Shown here piece by piece: positions 8,824 to 18,675 of a stretch of DNA of 64,000 bases. The position numbers were made by a program, and so were the translations under genes. Position 1 is the stretch's first letter, and every line of letters starts with the position of its first letter. A model generated the notes under the pieces. It worked only from the letters and a program-made list of their open reading frames with translations, had not been told where the DNA came from and made no database searches. Source of the DNA: an uncultured Candidatus Saccharibacteria bacterium (GTDB lineage Bacteria > Patescibacteriota > Minisyncoccia > Phycocordibacterales > PALSA-1337); contig CAZIUH010000002.1 of NCBI GenBank assembly GCA_964542675.1, positions 98 through 64,097 on the forward strand. Direction: 5' to 3'.

Positions 8824-9432
8824 CTATTCGAAAATCCCGTCCATATTGACATCGTACAGTATTCGCTCCGTAATGATTTTATAATTCATTATCTCCTCCT
8901 TTTTGAACCAATGAGTGATTTCATCTTCGGCTTCTTTGACTGAACCGGAAGCATGCACGACATTGCGCACAGCACGACCATCTATATCGCTCATAACGTA
9001 TGAATCAAGCACATAATCGCCACGAATAGTACCGACATCGGATGTTCTAGGTTCCGTTCCACCGGTCAATTTCCTGACAAGTTCTACCGCGTGGGCTCCT
9101 TGCCAGACCATAGCCACAACCGGACCACTTGTCATGTATTTTACAAGATTCTTGAGCACAATTTCCGTGACTTTCATTGGGTCAGTATACGGTGGTTTGA
9201 GATCTTTGTCCGTGTATCCCTTTATAGTCTTTATACCAGTTTTCATGCGCCATTCTGGATCCAGAGTATAGTGCCTTTTAACCAAATCCGCTGTCGGCAC
9301 TAACATCTTTATACCTATTAATTTCAGTCCGACTCTTTCATAACGCTTCACTACTTCCCCGATTAAACCTCGCTGTATCCCATCTGGCTTGATAATGACC
9401 AAAGTTTTTTCATCTTTATGATGTGTTTTCAT
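8824..9432 (-). CDS. ndk: nucleoside diphosphate kinase (with insertion/extension)
   Basis: VIIKPDGIQRGLIGEVVKRYERVGLKLIGIKM... and the YVLDSY...HASGS region match NDK. It is 202 aa, longer than typical. Confidence 0.8.
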   Translation of the reverse strand: MKTHHKDEKTLVIIKPDGIQRGLIGEVVKRYERVGLKLIGIKMLVPTADLVKRHYTLDPEWRMKTGIKTIKGYTDKDLKPPYTDPMKVTEIVLKNLVKYMTSGPVVAMVWQGAHAVELVRKLTGGTEPRTSDVGTIRGDYVLDSYVMSDIDGRAVRNVVHASGSVKEAEDEITHWFKKEEIMNYKIITERILYDVNMDGIFE

Positions 9433-9496
9433 AGTTGTTGATTATAACGGTAATTATGTTGTTGAAGCAAGCATGACCGCACGGTATTCCAAATAA

Positions 9497-10267
9497 CTAT
9501 TGAGCTGTCAATATCTCAGCATTTCCTTTTGTGACAAGAATAGTGTGCTCAAAATGCGCGCTTGGCTTGTGATCGGCAGTACGGTATGTGAAATCATCAT
9601 CGGCAAGAATGATATCTTTCGTGCCAAGATTGAACATAGGCTCTATAGCAATGATCATACCAGGCTTCAAAACTGTACCTTTACCCGCTTCACCATAATT
9701 CGGCACGAATGGCTCTTCATGCACATCATAGCCAACGCCGTGCCCCGCCAATTCTTTTACAATACCATAGCCATTCGTCATAGCGAATCTTTGCACCGCC
9801 GCTCCGATATCTCCAGTTTTTTTTCCACCCTTTGCCGCTTTTATTCCCGCCATCAAAGCCTCTTTCGTAACTTCTAGTAACTTTTCCAATTCAGGACTAA
9901 TAGACCCAACAGCCACCGTCATCGCCGCATCTGTAAATAGTCCGCGATGATTCAAGCCAAAATCCAAACTAACAATATCACCTTCTTTCAAGATCTTATC
10001 ACCTTCATTTGGTATACCATGAACCACTTCATCATTCACAGAAACACAAAGTGATGCCGGATACGCACGCGCCGCACCTTTCGGCTTGAAATTCAAGAAA
10101 GCAGACTTATCACCGCCCTCCGCTATCATCTTATCGGCAGAAGCATTCAATTCGGCGGCACAAATTCCCGGACGAACCATAGCCGCAAGTTCGCGTAAAA
10201 TAACCGCGTGACGACATCCCCCTTCGCGAAGAATGGCAATATCTTTCTTTGTTTTGATTGTGACCAT
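9497..10267 (-). CDS. map: type I methionine aminopeptidase
   Basis: Metal-ligand context HGIP...D..D...GHGVG..HE.P...E..E in a 256-aa protein. Conserved position after adk. Confidence 0.9.
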   Translation of the reverse strand: MVTIKTKKDIAILREGGCRHAVILRELAAMVRPGICAAELNASADKMIAEGGDKSAFLNFKPKGAARAYPASLCVSVNDEVVHGIPNEGDKILKEGDIVSLDFGLNHRGLFTDAAMTVAVGSISPELEKLLEVTKEALMAGIKAAKGGKKTGDIGAAVQRFAMTNGYGIVKELAGHGVGYDVHEEPFVPNYGEAGKGTVLKPGMIIAIEPMFNLGTKDIILADDDFTYRTADHKPSAHFEHTILVTKGNAEILTAQ

Positions 10268-10276
10268 TAATGAAAA

Positions 10277-10870
10277 CTACACCAAACCAATCATTTTCAC
10301 AATATCAGTGTGAATTTCCGGAATCGATCTTTCACCATTCACGTCATGAAAAATATATAATGGATTGTTCCTGTAATAATCAATTGTTGGCACTACTTCG
10401 GTTTCATACCAATCAAGCCGCGCTTCTATATCAACTTCTTTATCATCTTCCCTCTCTCTCGCGAGCATTCTCTCTTTTGACCAAGCTCTTGAGACATTAA
10501 TAAATATAACATGTGGCTTTTCGCGTTTGTAAAATTCAAAAGCGGTATTCAAAACTTTGGCTTCGTTGATTTTCCTCGGTGTACCATCGGTAATGAGATG
10601 CGTATTATTCGTCAGATTTTTCACAAAAAAATCCGACCACAAATGTATAGTCAAAAATTCCGGTTGCAATCCGCCTTCTTTGTTAATAGCTTTTGATAAT
10701 CTTTGAGAATATGATTGCCCCATGACAAAATCGCGGAAAAGTTTACCCGTTTCCATATAAGTGATCGGGATTTCCGAAGATTTTTCCGCTAGTACCTTAC
10801 GTAACAGATCCGCCTGCGTACCTTTGCCGCAACCAGAACGTCCGATAAAAATATAAGTTTGTGGGGTCAT
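10277..10870 (-). CDS. adk: adenylate kinase
   Basis: P-loop GRSGCGKGTQADLL. Conserved position downstream of secY. Confidence 0.8.
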   Translation of the reverse strand: MTPQTYIFIGRSGCGKGTQADLLRKVLAEKSSEIPITYMETGKLFRDFVMGQSYSQRLSKAINKEGGLQPEFLTIHLWSDFFVKNLTNNTHLITDGTPRKINEAKVLNTAFEFYKREKPHVIFINVSRAWSKERMLAREREDDKEVDIEARLDWYETEVVPTIDYYRNNPLYIFHDVNGERSIPEIHTDIVKMIGLV

Positions 10871-10913
10871 GATAATTAGTAGCTTGTTATCAGTAATCGG
10901 TAATCAGTCATAT

Positions 10914-13772
10914 TCATTGAATAATCGTCTCCTCCTTCTCATATTTCTTCATAATCTCCGTTTCAACATCCGCCCTTGGCCTACCGAATGTGAGGAATGA
11001 AAGTTCTTTCAGTTTATCAACCTGTTCCATGTTCCCTTTCGATCTCGGCATCGCTTGGATATTGAACGGCTTCAAAGGTTTACCATTCGCGAGTAATCGA
11101 ATATACGCGCAGAAATTATTCTGATTCACAATATCTTTCGCCGTGAATGTCGGGGCAAATTGTTTTTCCATTAACTCCGCATCCTCCGTGCCGAGACGAT
11201 ACGCCGCCATGGAGCCGACATTGCCGAAAACGGCATTTTTTATCTTATCATCAAGCTGGCCGATGAATTGGTGAGCGAGCGTGAGAGCCAGACGATATTT
11301 GCGCGCTTCGGATAGAATCGTCGCGATGGAATCCGTCGTGATATTCTGGAATTCGTCCAAATACAGGTAGAAATCCGGCATATTTTTGCCGAATGAATCC
11401 ACGCGCGATAGCGCCGCCATCAGGATTTTGCCGACTAAAATAAGTCCGATCAAATGAGAGTTGATATCGCCGAGCCTGCCCTTTGAAAGATTGACTAGTA
11501 ATATCTTCTTATTATCCATAATATCGCGCATGCTAAAAGAAGATTTTTCCTGCGCGATAATAGGTCGCATTATTTCATTCGCCAGGAATACGTCGAATTT
11601 CGACGTAATATACGGAACTACATTTGCCAATGACACTTCCCCACCGGCTTTTTCCGCGATTTCTCTCCAGAATTGAACTATAATCGGATTCTTGCATCTG
11701 GAAATTTTCAAGTCGCGAAATACTTTGTTTGACATAACGCGCGAAACATCGAGCAGAGTGCATCCGGATTCCGGATCTTCTATGACAAGACCGGTTGCGT
11801 TGCGAAAATACTGTTCAAATATTGGGCCCATAGATTCCGGTATGGCTCCGTACAATTTTTGAAAAATAGAAAACATCTCGTTCACGACAAAAGTTTTCTG
11901 TTCCGGAAAATTCTGATCATATTCGAGCATATTGAGAGCCATAGGGCGATCGACGGATGCGGGATCAAAGTAAACCAAATCCTTGAATCTTTCAGATGGT
12001 ATTGAGGCTAGAATATCGACAACATCGGAACCGTGAGGATCTATGAAACAGACGCCATTTCCCGCTCGAATATCTTGAATGATCATATTCTTGAGAAGCG
12101 TGGTTTTACCAGTTCCAGTCTGACCGATAACATAGAGATGACGCATTCGGTCTTCCGGTGCTATGAAAATATTTGTTTTCACTCCACGGTTTTCATTGAC
12201 ACCGAGTAATGTCCCCGATTCCGGAACGCCGAGCGGCGCCGGCGCCGTACCAGAAGCGCTTTGTTTCAATTGCGGCGCGGCGGGATGAATATTGCTTGCC
12301 GGGAAATGCATGCATGTCGTCAACTCCTCAAGATTCAAAATCACCTGCTCGTCCTCGTCAAAAGTGCGGAGTGAAAATTGTTCCAGAACTTCTTGCAATC
12401 TTCCGCTATTCTTACCACCGAAAATATGATGCCCGGTCCCGACCTTTTTCCATTCAATTCTATTGCCATATCCATTCTCCATCTGATTGAAACTTGATTC
12501 AAGATCATTCAGAACGCTTTGTGCCTCCGCTTCCGTAGCCGCCGAAGTCGCTATACGCAAATTGACAGAAATGAATGGACTTTTCAGCTTTCGCGTGAAC
12601 TGATCTATAATCGCCTGATCAACGGCTTGCGCCCGTTTCACTTCCGCCTCCTTTTCCTTTTCCATGGCTTTCTGGCCCTTGAAAAAATCAGTCATTCCCC
12701 TGCCTATATTGCTAATAGCCGAACGACCGACTTCTTCCAGAGCTTCTCCGATTTTCTTACCATTCCGAACTTTTTCGAGAACTTTGGTGCATTCTTTGGC
12801 ATAACCATCCTGTCTTTTTCCGACAATCATCTGTATAGCCGCGCCTTCACCCATTCGGTCAATTTTGGAAAAACCATTCAGAATCGCGTTTAGCGGATCA
12901 ATATCGAAATCTTCGTATGATTTGAGAGGATACAACGGATGTTTCGAAAGCGCGGCATAAGACACGGCGCATGCGCCGTCAGAGTTGAAAATATTGTAAT
13001 CGTCCTTGTGTTCATGGACATGACTACCGGGAAATACGGCCATGATTTGTTTTTCAAATAAATCTTCGCGCGCCGTCGGCACGGAGACGTAGAAAATGAA
13101 TTCATTACTGCCGTTCGAGTTCGCGATCTCCACGGAGAACCATGCGGGATTTTCTTTATCATCTGTAATAGAGAGCATTCCCGCATAGAATTGTTCCATG
13201 CCGGAAATGAGTTCGCTTAATTGCTTTTTTTTGTCTTCCTCACTGGCCTCCGGCAGAGACACTTCAAATAGAGTCATATGAAGTGGTTTCCATAGAGGAT
13301 CACTTTCATTCAAACCTTGAATAGAGTAACCGGAGGAAATGAATTGGACCAAGAATCGATGGAGATCGTCGTAGAGATGCGGATTATTCATTTTTTCCAC
13401 GACATGAATAGCGTTCTTTACGCCCTTTTCTTGAATAACCGCGAGGAGTTCGCTCATTTGCGCGTCATGTGTTTCAGGCGAAAGCTCCAACACTATTTCA
13501 TTCGCCTCATGATCCTTAAGCGTGTATTCCGGCGCCAAAACTTGATGAGGTTTCGCCGCCGAATAATCTTCTACCACCCGCTTAGCGACCGCGCGTTCAG
13601 TTACACTCTCCCCTTTTTTCTCCGCGGCCGAATGCCGTTCAGCCACGATCCCGCGCAATCGCGCCAATTCCTCTCCAGGATTTTTGACCGGCTCGCGTCC
13701 TTCAAATATTGTCGGGTTCATGGGTAAATTATAGCATATGTTGAACGATATCAGGATAGTTTTCTGATGCAA
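10914..13772 (-). CDS. large protein with a C-terminal P-loop NTPase resembling type IV secretion/conjugation coupling ATPases (VirD4/TraD/TraG-like); N-terminal half unknown
   Basis: HLYVIGQTGTGKTT Walker A, FIDPHGS, and LYLDEFQN...LAHQ (Walker B / HerA-TraD-like). About 450 aa of unknown soluble N-terminus. Inserted between secY and adk. Confidence 0.5.
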   Translation of the reverse strand: MHQKTILISFNICYNLPMNPTIFEGREPVKNPGEELARLRGIVAERHSAAEKKGESVTERAVAKRVVEDYSAAKPHQVLAPEYTLKDHEANEIVLELSPETHDAQMSELLAVIQEKGVKNAIHVVEKMNNPHLYDDLHRFLVQFISSGYSIQGLNESDPLWKPLHMTLFEVSLPEASEEDKKKQLSELISGMEQFYAGMLSITDDKENPAWFSVEIANSNGSNEFIFYVSVPTAREDLFEKQIMAVFPGSHVHEHKDDYNIFNSDGACAVSYAALSKHPLYPLKSYEDFDIDPLNAILNGFSKIDRMGEGAAIQMIVGKRQDGYAKECTKVLEKVRNGKKIGEALEEVGRSAISNIGRGMTDFFKGQKAMEKEKEAEVKRAQAVDQAIIDQFTRKLKSPFISVNLRIATSAATEAEAQSVLNDLESSFNQMENGYGNRIEWKKVGTGHHIFGGKNSGRLQEVLEQFSLRTFDEDEQVILNLEELTTCMHFPASNIHPAAPQLKQSASGTAPAPLGVPESGTLLGVNENRGVKTNIFIAPEDRMRHLYVIGQTGTGKTTLLKNMIIQDIRAGNGVCFIDPHGSDVVDILASIPSERFKDLVYFDPASVDRPMALNMLEYDQNFPEQKTFVVNEMFSIFQKLYGAIPESMGPIFEQYFRNATGLVIEDPESGCTLLDVSRVMSNKVFRDLKISRCKNPIIVQFWREIAEKAGGEVSLANVVPYITSKFDVFLANEIMRPIIAQEKSSFSMRDIMDNKKILLVNLSKGRLGDINSHLIGLILVGKILMAALSRVDSFGKNMPDFYLYLDEFQNITTDSIATILSEARKYRLALTLAHQFIGQLDDKIKNAVFGNVGSMAAYRLGTEDAELMEKQFAPTFTAKDIVNQNNFCAYIRLLANGKPLKPFNIQAMPRSKGNMEQVDKLKELSFLTFGRPRADVETEIMKKYEKEETIIQ

Positions 13773-13799
13773 ATATCAAAATATTCAACAAAAAAATCA

Positions 13800-15083
13800 T
13801 TAATACTCCCTCATCGCGACCTGGGCGTCTATCTTCTTCAAGAGATCCAGAACCACGGAAACAACGATGAGAAGCGCGGTGCCGCCGATAGCAACGGAAC
13901 GATCACCACCATTAAAAGCGGAGATAATAAGCGGTAGAATGGCAACAGTACCGAGGAAAAGCGCACCAACAAGAGTGATGCGGGTAACGATATTGGCAAT
14001 ATGATTTTGAGTATGTTCACCTGGTCTAATTCCCGGAATGAATGCGCCAGAATGTTGCAGGTTCTCGGAAATCATCTTCGGGTCGAATGTTACGGCCGTA
14101 TAGAAATACGTGAAAGCCACAACCAAGACAAAGTACATAATGCCGTAAACCCATTGATTATTCAGGAAAATAACAGCCGATGAAGCTATGCCGGAAATAG
14201 TCGTATTGGAAACGTGCGACAGAAAATTGGCGATAATTTGAGGAAAGATGAGAATCGAAAGAGCGAAGATTATGGGGATAACGCCGGCTTGATTCAAACG
14301 TAAAGGCAAATAGGTCGAAGCGCCACCATAAACTTTATTGCCACGAACTTGCTTGGCATAAGTCACAGGTACTGATCTTTCAGCTTCAGTAACATAGACA
14401 ACACCGGCAGTTACTATTACCGCAACGACGAGGACCGCAACATAGATAGGAATAGACGAAGGTCCCGCTGAAATAATTTTCTGATAGGCTTGAATAATGT
14501 CCAGAGGCAATCGCGAAACAATACCGGCAAAAATGATAAGTGATACGCCGTTACCTATACCAAATTCAGATATGAGTTCACCAAGCCACATAAGGAGCAT
14601 GGAACCAGCGGTAATAATAATCGAATTAAAGACAAGTGACGTCGTCGTAAGATGCGGTAATACATTCTGAGACTGAAGAAGCATGATAAAACCAATAGCG
14701 GAAATAAAGGAAAGAGGCACGGCTAGAAGTCGTGAATATTGTGAGAGTTTCATCCTACCCGCCTCTCCTTCCTCGTGCATGAGCGCCTTCCATTTTGGGA
14801 ACATCATGGTAAGAAGCTGAATGACGATAGAACCAGTGATAAAAGGGCCGACTCCAAGCATTACTATTGAAAGATTAGAAAGTCCGCCACCGGAAAAAAT
14901 ATTGAAAAGACTGAAAAATTGATTGGATGAAAGGAGCTTTGCCAGAGCCGCAACATCAACGCCGGGGATAGGAATGGTCGCCATGACACGAAATAATACG
15001 AGTATTCCAACGGTAAAACCAATTCTTTTCCTTAGAATTGGATCCTTGAGCGCGCTTAAGAATTTTTGCCAAAAGTTTTGCAT
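13800..15083 (-). CDS. secY: preprotein translocase subunit SecY
   Basis: 427 aa, 10 TM, GGGLSNLSIVMLGVGPFITGSIVIQLLTMMFP. Confidence 0.93.
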   Translation of the reverse strand: MQNFWQKFLSALKDPILRKRIGFTVGILVLFRVMATIPIPGVDVAALAKLLSSNQFFSLFNIFSGGGLSNLSIVMLGVGPFITGSIVIQLLTMMFPKWKALMHEEGEAGRMKLSQYSRLLAVPLSFISAIGFIMLLQSQNVLPHLTTTSLVFNSIIITAGSMLLMWLGELISEFGIGNGVSLIIFAGIVSRLPLDIIQAYQKIISAGPSSIPIYVAVLVVAVIVTAGVVYVTEAERSVPVTYAKQVRGNKVYGGASTYLPLRLNQAGVIPIIFALSILIFPQIIANFLSHVSNTTISGIASSAVIFLNNQWVYGIMYFVLVVAFTYFYTAVTFDPKMISENLQHSGAFIPGIRPGEHTQNHIANIVTRITLVGALFLGTVAILPLIISAFNGGDRSVAIGGTALLIVVSVVLDLLKKIDAQVAMREY

Positions 15084-15086
15084 AAA

Positions 15087-15698
15087 TTATTTTTTACCGG
15101 TTTCTGAAACCAAAGTTTTAGACTTTTTTACACTTGTTTTAATATCTTTTTTCACCGCAGCATTTTGAGTGGAAATTTTCGTTTTTTCAATTTTAGGCGC
15201 AGGTTCTTTTTTCCGAGCGACGATTTCCGGCACCTTCGTCATCGTAATTCCCGCTTTCAAAACAATTTCGCCTTTTGCTTCTTCAATCTTTTTCTTTGCG
15301 GATTTGGAAACTAGACAACCGGAAACTTTCAGGACCTTTTTCAATTCTCCGTCACCGAGAATTTTTACGACCGGAATTCTACCTGATACAAGCTTAATCA
15401 CGCCTTTTTCCGCGAGAATAGTCGGCGTAATAGCATCGCCTGACTTGAATATTTCTTCTATAATGCCGAGATTTACAATGACTGGCTTATCGCTCACAGG
15501 TTTATTCTGATTAACACCCCGACCGCGTAATTTCGGCATTTTCTTTATGATATCGCGCCATTCCGGACGTCTTTTGTTTCCGGCACGCGCCGATTGACCT
15601 TTGCCTCCACGGCCAGAAGTTTTACCGCGCTTGCCTCCACGAGCAACTGTCATTCTTTTTCTATTTTTATGAGTTCTTTTCAGTTGATTTGCTTGCAT
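15087..15698 (-). CDS. rplO: 50S ribosomal protein L15 (Lys-rich C-terminal extension)
   Basis: RGGKRGKTSGRGGKGQSARAG uL15 motif. Start taken at MQANQLK. The ORF extends about 60 aa beyond typical uL15. Confidence 0.85.
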   Translation of the reverse strand: MQANQLKRTHKNRKRMTVARGGKRGKTSGRGGKGQSARAGNKRRPEWRDIIKKMPKLRGRGVNQNKPVSDKPVIVNLGIIEEIFKSGDAITPTILAEKGVIKLVSGRIPVVKILGDGELKKVLKVSGCLVSKSAKKKIEEAKGEIVLKAGITMTKVPEIVARKKEPAPKIEKTKISTQNAAVKKDIKTSVKKSKTLVSETGKK

Positions 15699-15711
15699 GT
15701 TATTTAGTGTA

Positions 15712-15808
15712 AAAATTAAAACGCAAAATGACATTGTGATATGTAAAATCGTTCCGTGATGTTATTTTTATTTTTGAATTGTGATTTTTCATTTTGATTT
15801 TTGCATTA
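15712..15808. repeat. second intergenic inverted-repeat family (degenerate), rpsE–rplO spacer
   Basis: AAAATTAAAACGCAAAATGACATTGTGATATG ... TTTTTGAATTGTGATTTTTCATTTTGATTTTTGCATT. Confidence 0.55.
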
Positions 15809-16612
15809 CTTTACTACCGTCCTCCCCCTTAAAATCACCTTTGTAATCTTCGACAAATTCTCCAGGGCAACAATTGTCGCTCTCGCTATATTCACCTTGT
15901 TCTTTGAACCTGACATGATTTTGGCACAAATATCCTTAATGCCAGCAAGCTCAATAACGGCGCGAGCCGAACTGCCGGCGACAACACCACTGCCGCGCGC
16001 CGGAAAAACTTTTATGATAGCACTGCCAAATTTACCTTCCACAGCATGGGGAATAATCATTTGCGGCGAAAGTGAAACTTTTATAAGGTGTTTTTTTGCT
16101 TCGCGCACGGCTTTCTCTATGGAAAGCGCCGTATCAGAACCTTTACCAAGCCCGACACCGACACGTCCTTTATGGTCACCGACCACGGCCGCAACACTGA
16201 AAGTGAATCTGCGTCCGCCGGCAGCCACGCGAGTCACACGGCGAATATCAATAGTCTTGAAATCAAATTCTGGTTTGACGCGCTCCCTGCTTTCTCCACC
16301 GCGTCCACTATCCCTGCCTCTGCCACCTTTCGGAACATCTGAACCTCGCGTACCGCCTCTCCTGGCGGAATCACGCATACGTCTGCCTGGAGTTATTTTA
16401 CCGCGCGCGACAATTGGAACGACAACTGGCGTGGCAACAGAAATAATTTCGCCATCTGCAATATTGGGAATGACGATGTCATCAGCACCAACAGATCCCG
16501 TGATTTCTTCAGCGACAATGGATTCCATGGCTTCTTCGTCTGTCATAATAGGCAAAGCGACAGCGCTTGTATTTGCGTCTTCTTTATTGATTTTTGTATT
16601 ATCGTCTTTCAT
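15806..16612 (-). CDS. rpsE: 30S ribosomal protein S5 (N-terminal extension)
   Basis: RVTRVAAGGRRFTFSVAAVVGDHKGRVGVGLGKGSDTALSIEKA...GSGVVAGSSARAVIELAGI. There is no rpmD (L30) between rpsE and rplO. Confidence 0.9.
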   Translation of the reverse strand: MKDDNTKINKEDANTSAVALPIMTDEEAMESIVAEEITGSVGADDIVIPNIADGEIISVATPVVVPIVARGKITPGRRMRDSARRGGTRGSDVPKGGRGRDSGRGGESRERVKPEFDFKTIDIRRVTRVAAGGRRFTFSVAAVVGDHKGRVGVGLGKGSDTALSIEKAVREAKKHLIKVSLSPQMIIPHAVEGKFGSAIIKVFPARGSGVVAGSSARAVIELAGIKDICAKIMSGSKNKVNIARATIVALENLSKITKVILRGRTVVK

Positions 16613-16613
16613 A

Positions 16614-16645
16614 TTCCTAATTCATAATTCTTAATTCATAATTCA
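16614..16645. repeat. GAATTAN heptamer array (rplR–rpsE spacer)
   Basis: TTCCTAATTCATAATTCTTAATTCATAATTC. Confidence 0.7.
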
Positions 16646-16999
16646 TTAGAAAATCAATCCTCCCTCTCTAGCCCCTTCCGCAACCAATTTGATCTTCCCC
16701 GCGTACAAATATCCTCCTCTATCGAATACAACCTTTTTTAGCTTAGCTTCCAATGCCTTTTTCGCAATACCCAAACCAACTTCCTTGGCTTTTTCCGACA
16801 TGGTCTTGCCTTTCGCTTTCCTTGAATCAAACGAAGTCAAAGTATTTCCTTTCGTATCATCAATCACTTGAGCATATATATATTTATGAGATTTGAAAAC
16901 AGAAAGCCTCGGCATTTCTTTTGTACCGAAAATTTTCGCCCTGACTCTTCTATGACGTCTGTTGAATTTCTCGTTATTTATTTGAATTAAGCTTTTCAT
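16646..16999 (-). CDS. rplR: 50S ribosomal protein L18
   Basis: [36 protein letters not shown]. Confidence 0.9.
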   Translation of the reverse strand: MKSLIQINNEKFNRRHRRVRAKIFGTKEMPRLSVFKSHKYIYAQVIDDTKGNTLTSFDSRKAKGKTMSEKAKEVGLGIAKKALEAKLKKVVFDRGGYLYAGKIKLVAEGAREGGLIF

Positions 17000-17056
17000 T
17001 GTATTATTTGATTGAATTATATTTTGTTGTTTATTGTGTACAATTCATAATTCCTT

Positions 17057-17590
17057 TTACGCCGCCTTTTTACCTTGTTTCCTTCTGATAATTTCATCGG
17101 AGTATCGAATACCTTTTCCCAGATATGGCTCCGGCTTCTTCGTTGCCCTTACAATCGCGGCGAATTGTCCAACTTTTTCGGTATCAATTCCCGAAACAAT
17201 AATAGTGCTCTTCTCCGTCGTTACTTTCAAATCAGCAGGAATGGGAATATTGACAGGATGTGAGAAACCGACAGCCAAAACCAAATCCTTACCTCGTACA
17301 TCTGCTTTGAAACCGATGCCTTCTATGATCAATTTCTTTTCATATGGCTTATTGACGCCTGCGATCATATTTTTCAAATGCGAAGCATATGTACCCCAAA
17401 GCGCTTTATTTTGAAGACTTTCATGACCCAGAGTCAGAACAACGGCGTCTTTTGTGATTTCAAATTTGATATCATCACGAAAATTCTTTTTGAGTTCACC
17501 GAGAGGACCTTTGACGGTCATAACGCCGCCGGAATAAGAGACTTCGGTTTTCGGTGGTATTTGTATGGGTTTTTTTGCGATTCTGGACAT
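17057..17590 (-). CDS. rplF: 50S ribosomal protein L6
   Basis: MSRIAKKPIQIPPKTEVSYSGGVMTVKGPLGEL. Start taken at the internal Met. Confidence 0.9.
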   Translation of the reverse strand: MSRIAKKPIQIPPKTEVSYSGGVMTVKGPLGELKKNFRDDIKFEITKDAVVLTLGHESLQNKALWGTYASHLKNMIAGVNKPYEKKLIIEGIGFKADVRGKDLVLAVGFSHPVNIPIPADLKVTTEKSTIIVSGIDTEKVGQFAAIVRATKKPEPYLGKGIRYSDEIIRRKQGKKAA

Positions 17591-17618
17591 GTTTTTTATA
17601 ATCGGAAAAATCAAACGC

Positions 17619-18005
17619 TTACCAAATCTTGAATAATATCTCTCCGCCAACCTTCATTTTTTTCGCGTCTGTATCCGTTAATATTCCTTTAGGGGTTGAG
17701 TAGATAACATTACCGTACCCACTTTTGAATGAACGGATATCACGAGCCTTCTGATACATTCGCTTTGACAGTTTTGAGATCCTCTGAACGCCGTGTACGC
17801 GCGGCTCATCGTTAAAATAAACAAGTCCAAGTAACAGTTCCTTATTTTCTTTGTCCTTTTCAACAGATGAGAGATAACCTGCTTTCTTCAAAAGATGCGC
17901 GACGTTCTCTGCAAACTTGGAATCCTGAACAACAACAACGGTCTTACCGGCATCACTGCCGTTTTTGATTCGAATTATTAAATCTGAAATTGGATCTGTT
18001 ACCAT
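17619..18005 (-). CDS. rpsH: 30S ribosomal protein S8
   Basis: MVTDPISDLIIRIKNG... Confidence 0.9.
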   Translation of the reverse strand: MVTDPISDLIIRIKNGSDAGKTVVVVQDSKFAENVAHLLKKAGYLSSVEKDKENKELLLGLVYFNDEPRVHGVQRISKLSKRMYQKARDIRSFKSGYGNVIYSTPKGILTDTDAKKMKVGGEILFKIW

Positions 18006-18131
18006 AAAATTAAAATACGTAAAACATATTGGAAAATAATAAATTAAAATTTAATTATCTGTTACGATTATGTTATTCATTTTTGCATTGTGATTTTGCA
18101 TTTTATTTTTTAATCTTTTGCGTTAAACATA

Positions 18132-18317
18132 TTACCAAGATGATTTCTTAACGCCCGGAATCATGCCTTCATTGGCGAATTCTCGGAAACAAATGCGGCA
18201 AATATCGAAATCACGCATATAGCCATGCTTTCGGCCACAGCGGAAACAACGTCTAACAACGCGTGATTTGAATTTCGGTTTTTTTTTCGATCTAGCTATT
18301 ACCGCTTTTGTCGCCAT
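18132..18317 (-). CDS. rpsZ: 30S ribosomal protein S14 type Z (zinc-binding)
   Basis: 61 aa, [23 protein letters not shown]. Confidence 0.9.
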   Translation of the reverse strand: MATKAVIARSKKKPKFKSRVVRRCFRCGRKHGYMRDFDICRICFREFANEGMIPGVKKSSW

Positions 18318-18675
18318 AAATGTTTGTCCTTGAAGCAGAAGCAAAGAAAAGGCGATTGGTTAGCTTCCTCTCCGATTTACATCGGAATAGCTTGCTTCCA
18401 ATCATTACCTCATTCCTTTCACTTATTTCGAGGTAATTCGATACTAGCAGATATACGTAATGAAGTCAACAAAATAGCCTGAGCGGTTGAGCACACCCAG
18501 GCTGAAGCGATTTTGTGGTCCTAGAACACTGAGACTGCCCTGTCTAATCGAATGGATAGTAGTTTTAGATAGAACACTCAACATTATGCACGATTTGGTA
18601 GGAAGACAGAACAAAAAGACCGCTGTAACTCCCATTGTCTAGCTCCGTGAATTATACTCTTATTACAGAAAATAA

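Noticed and set aside
15801-16634. 277-aa plus-strand ORF
   Set aside because: It is the antisense of rpsE, with a Pro/Ser/Thr-rich composition typical of reverse-complement translation of a Gly/Arg/Lys-rich r-protein gene.
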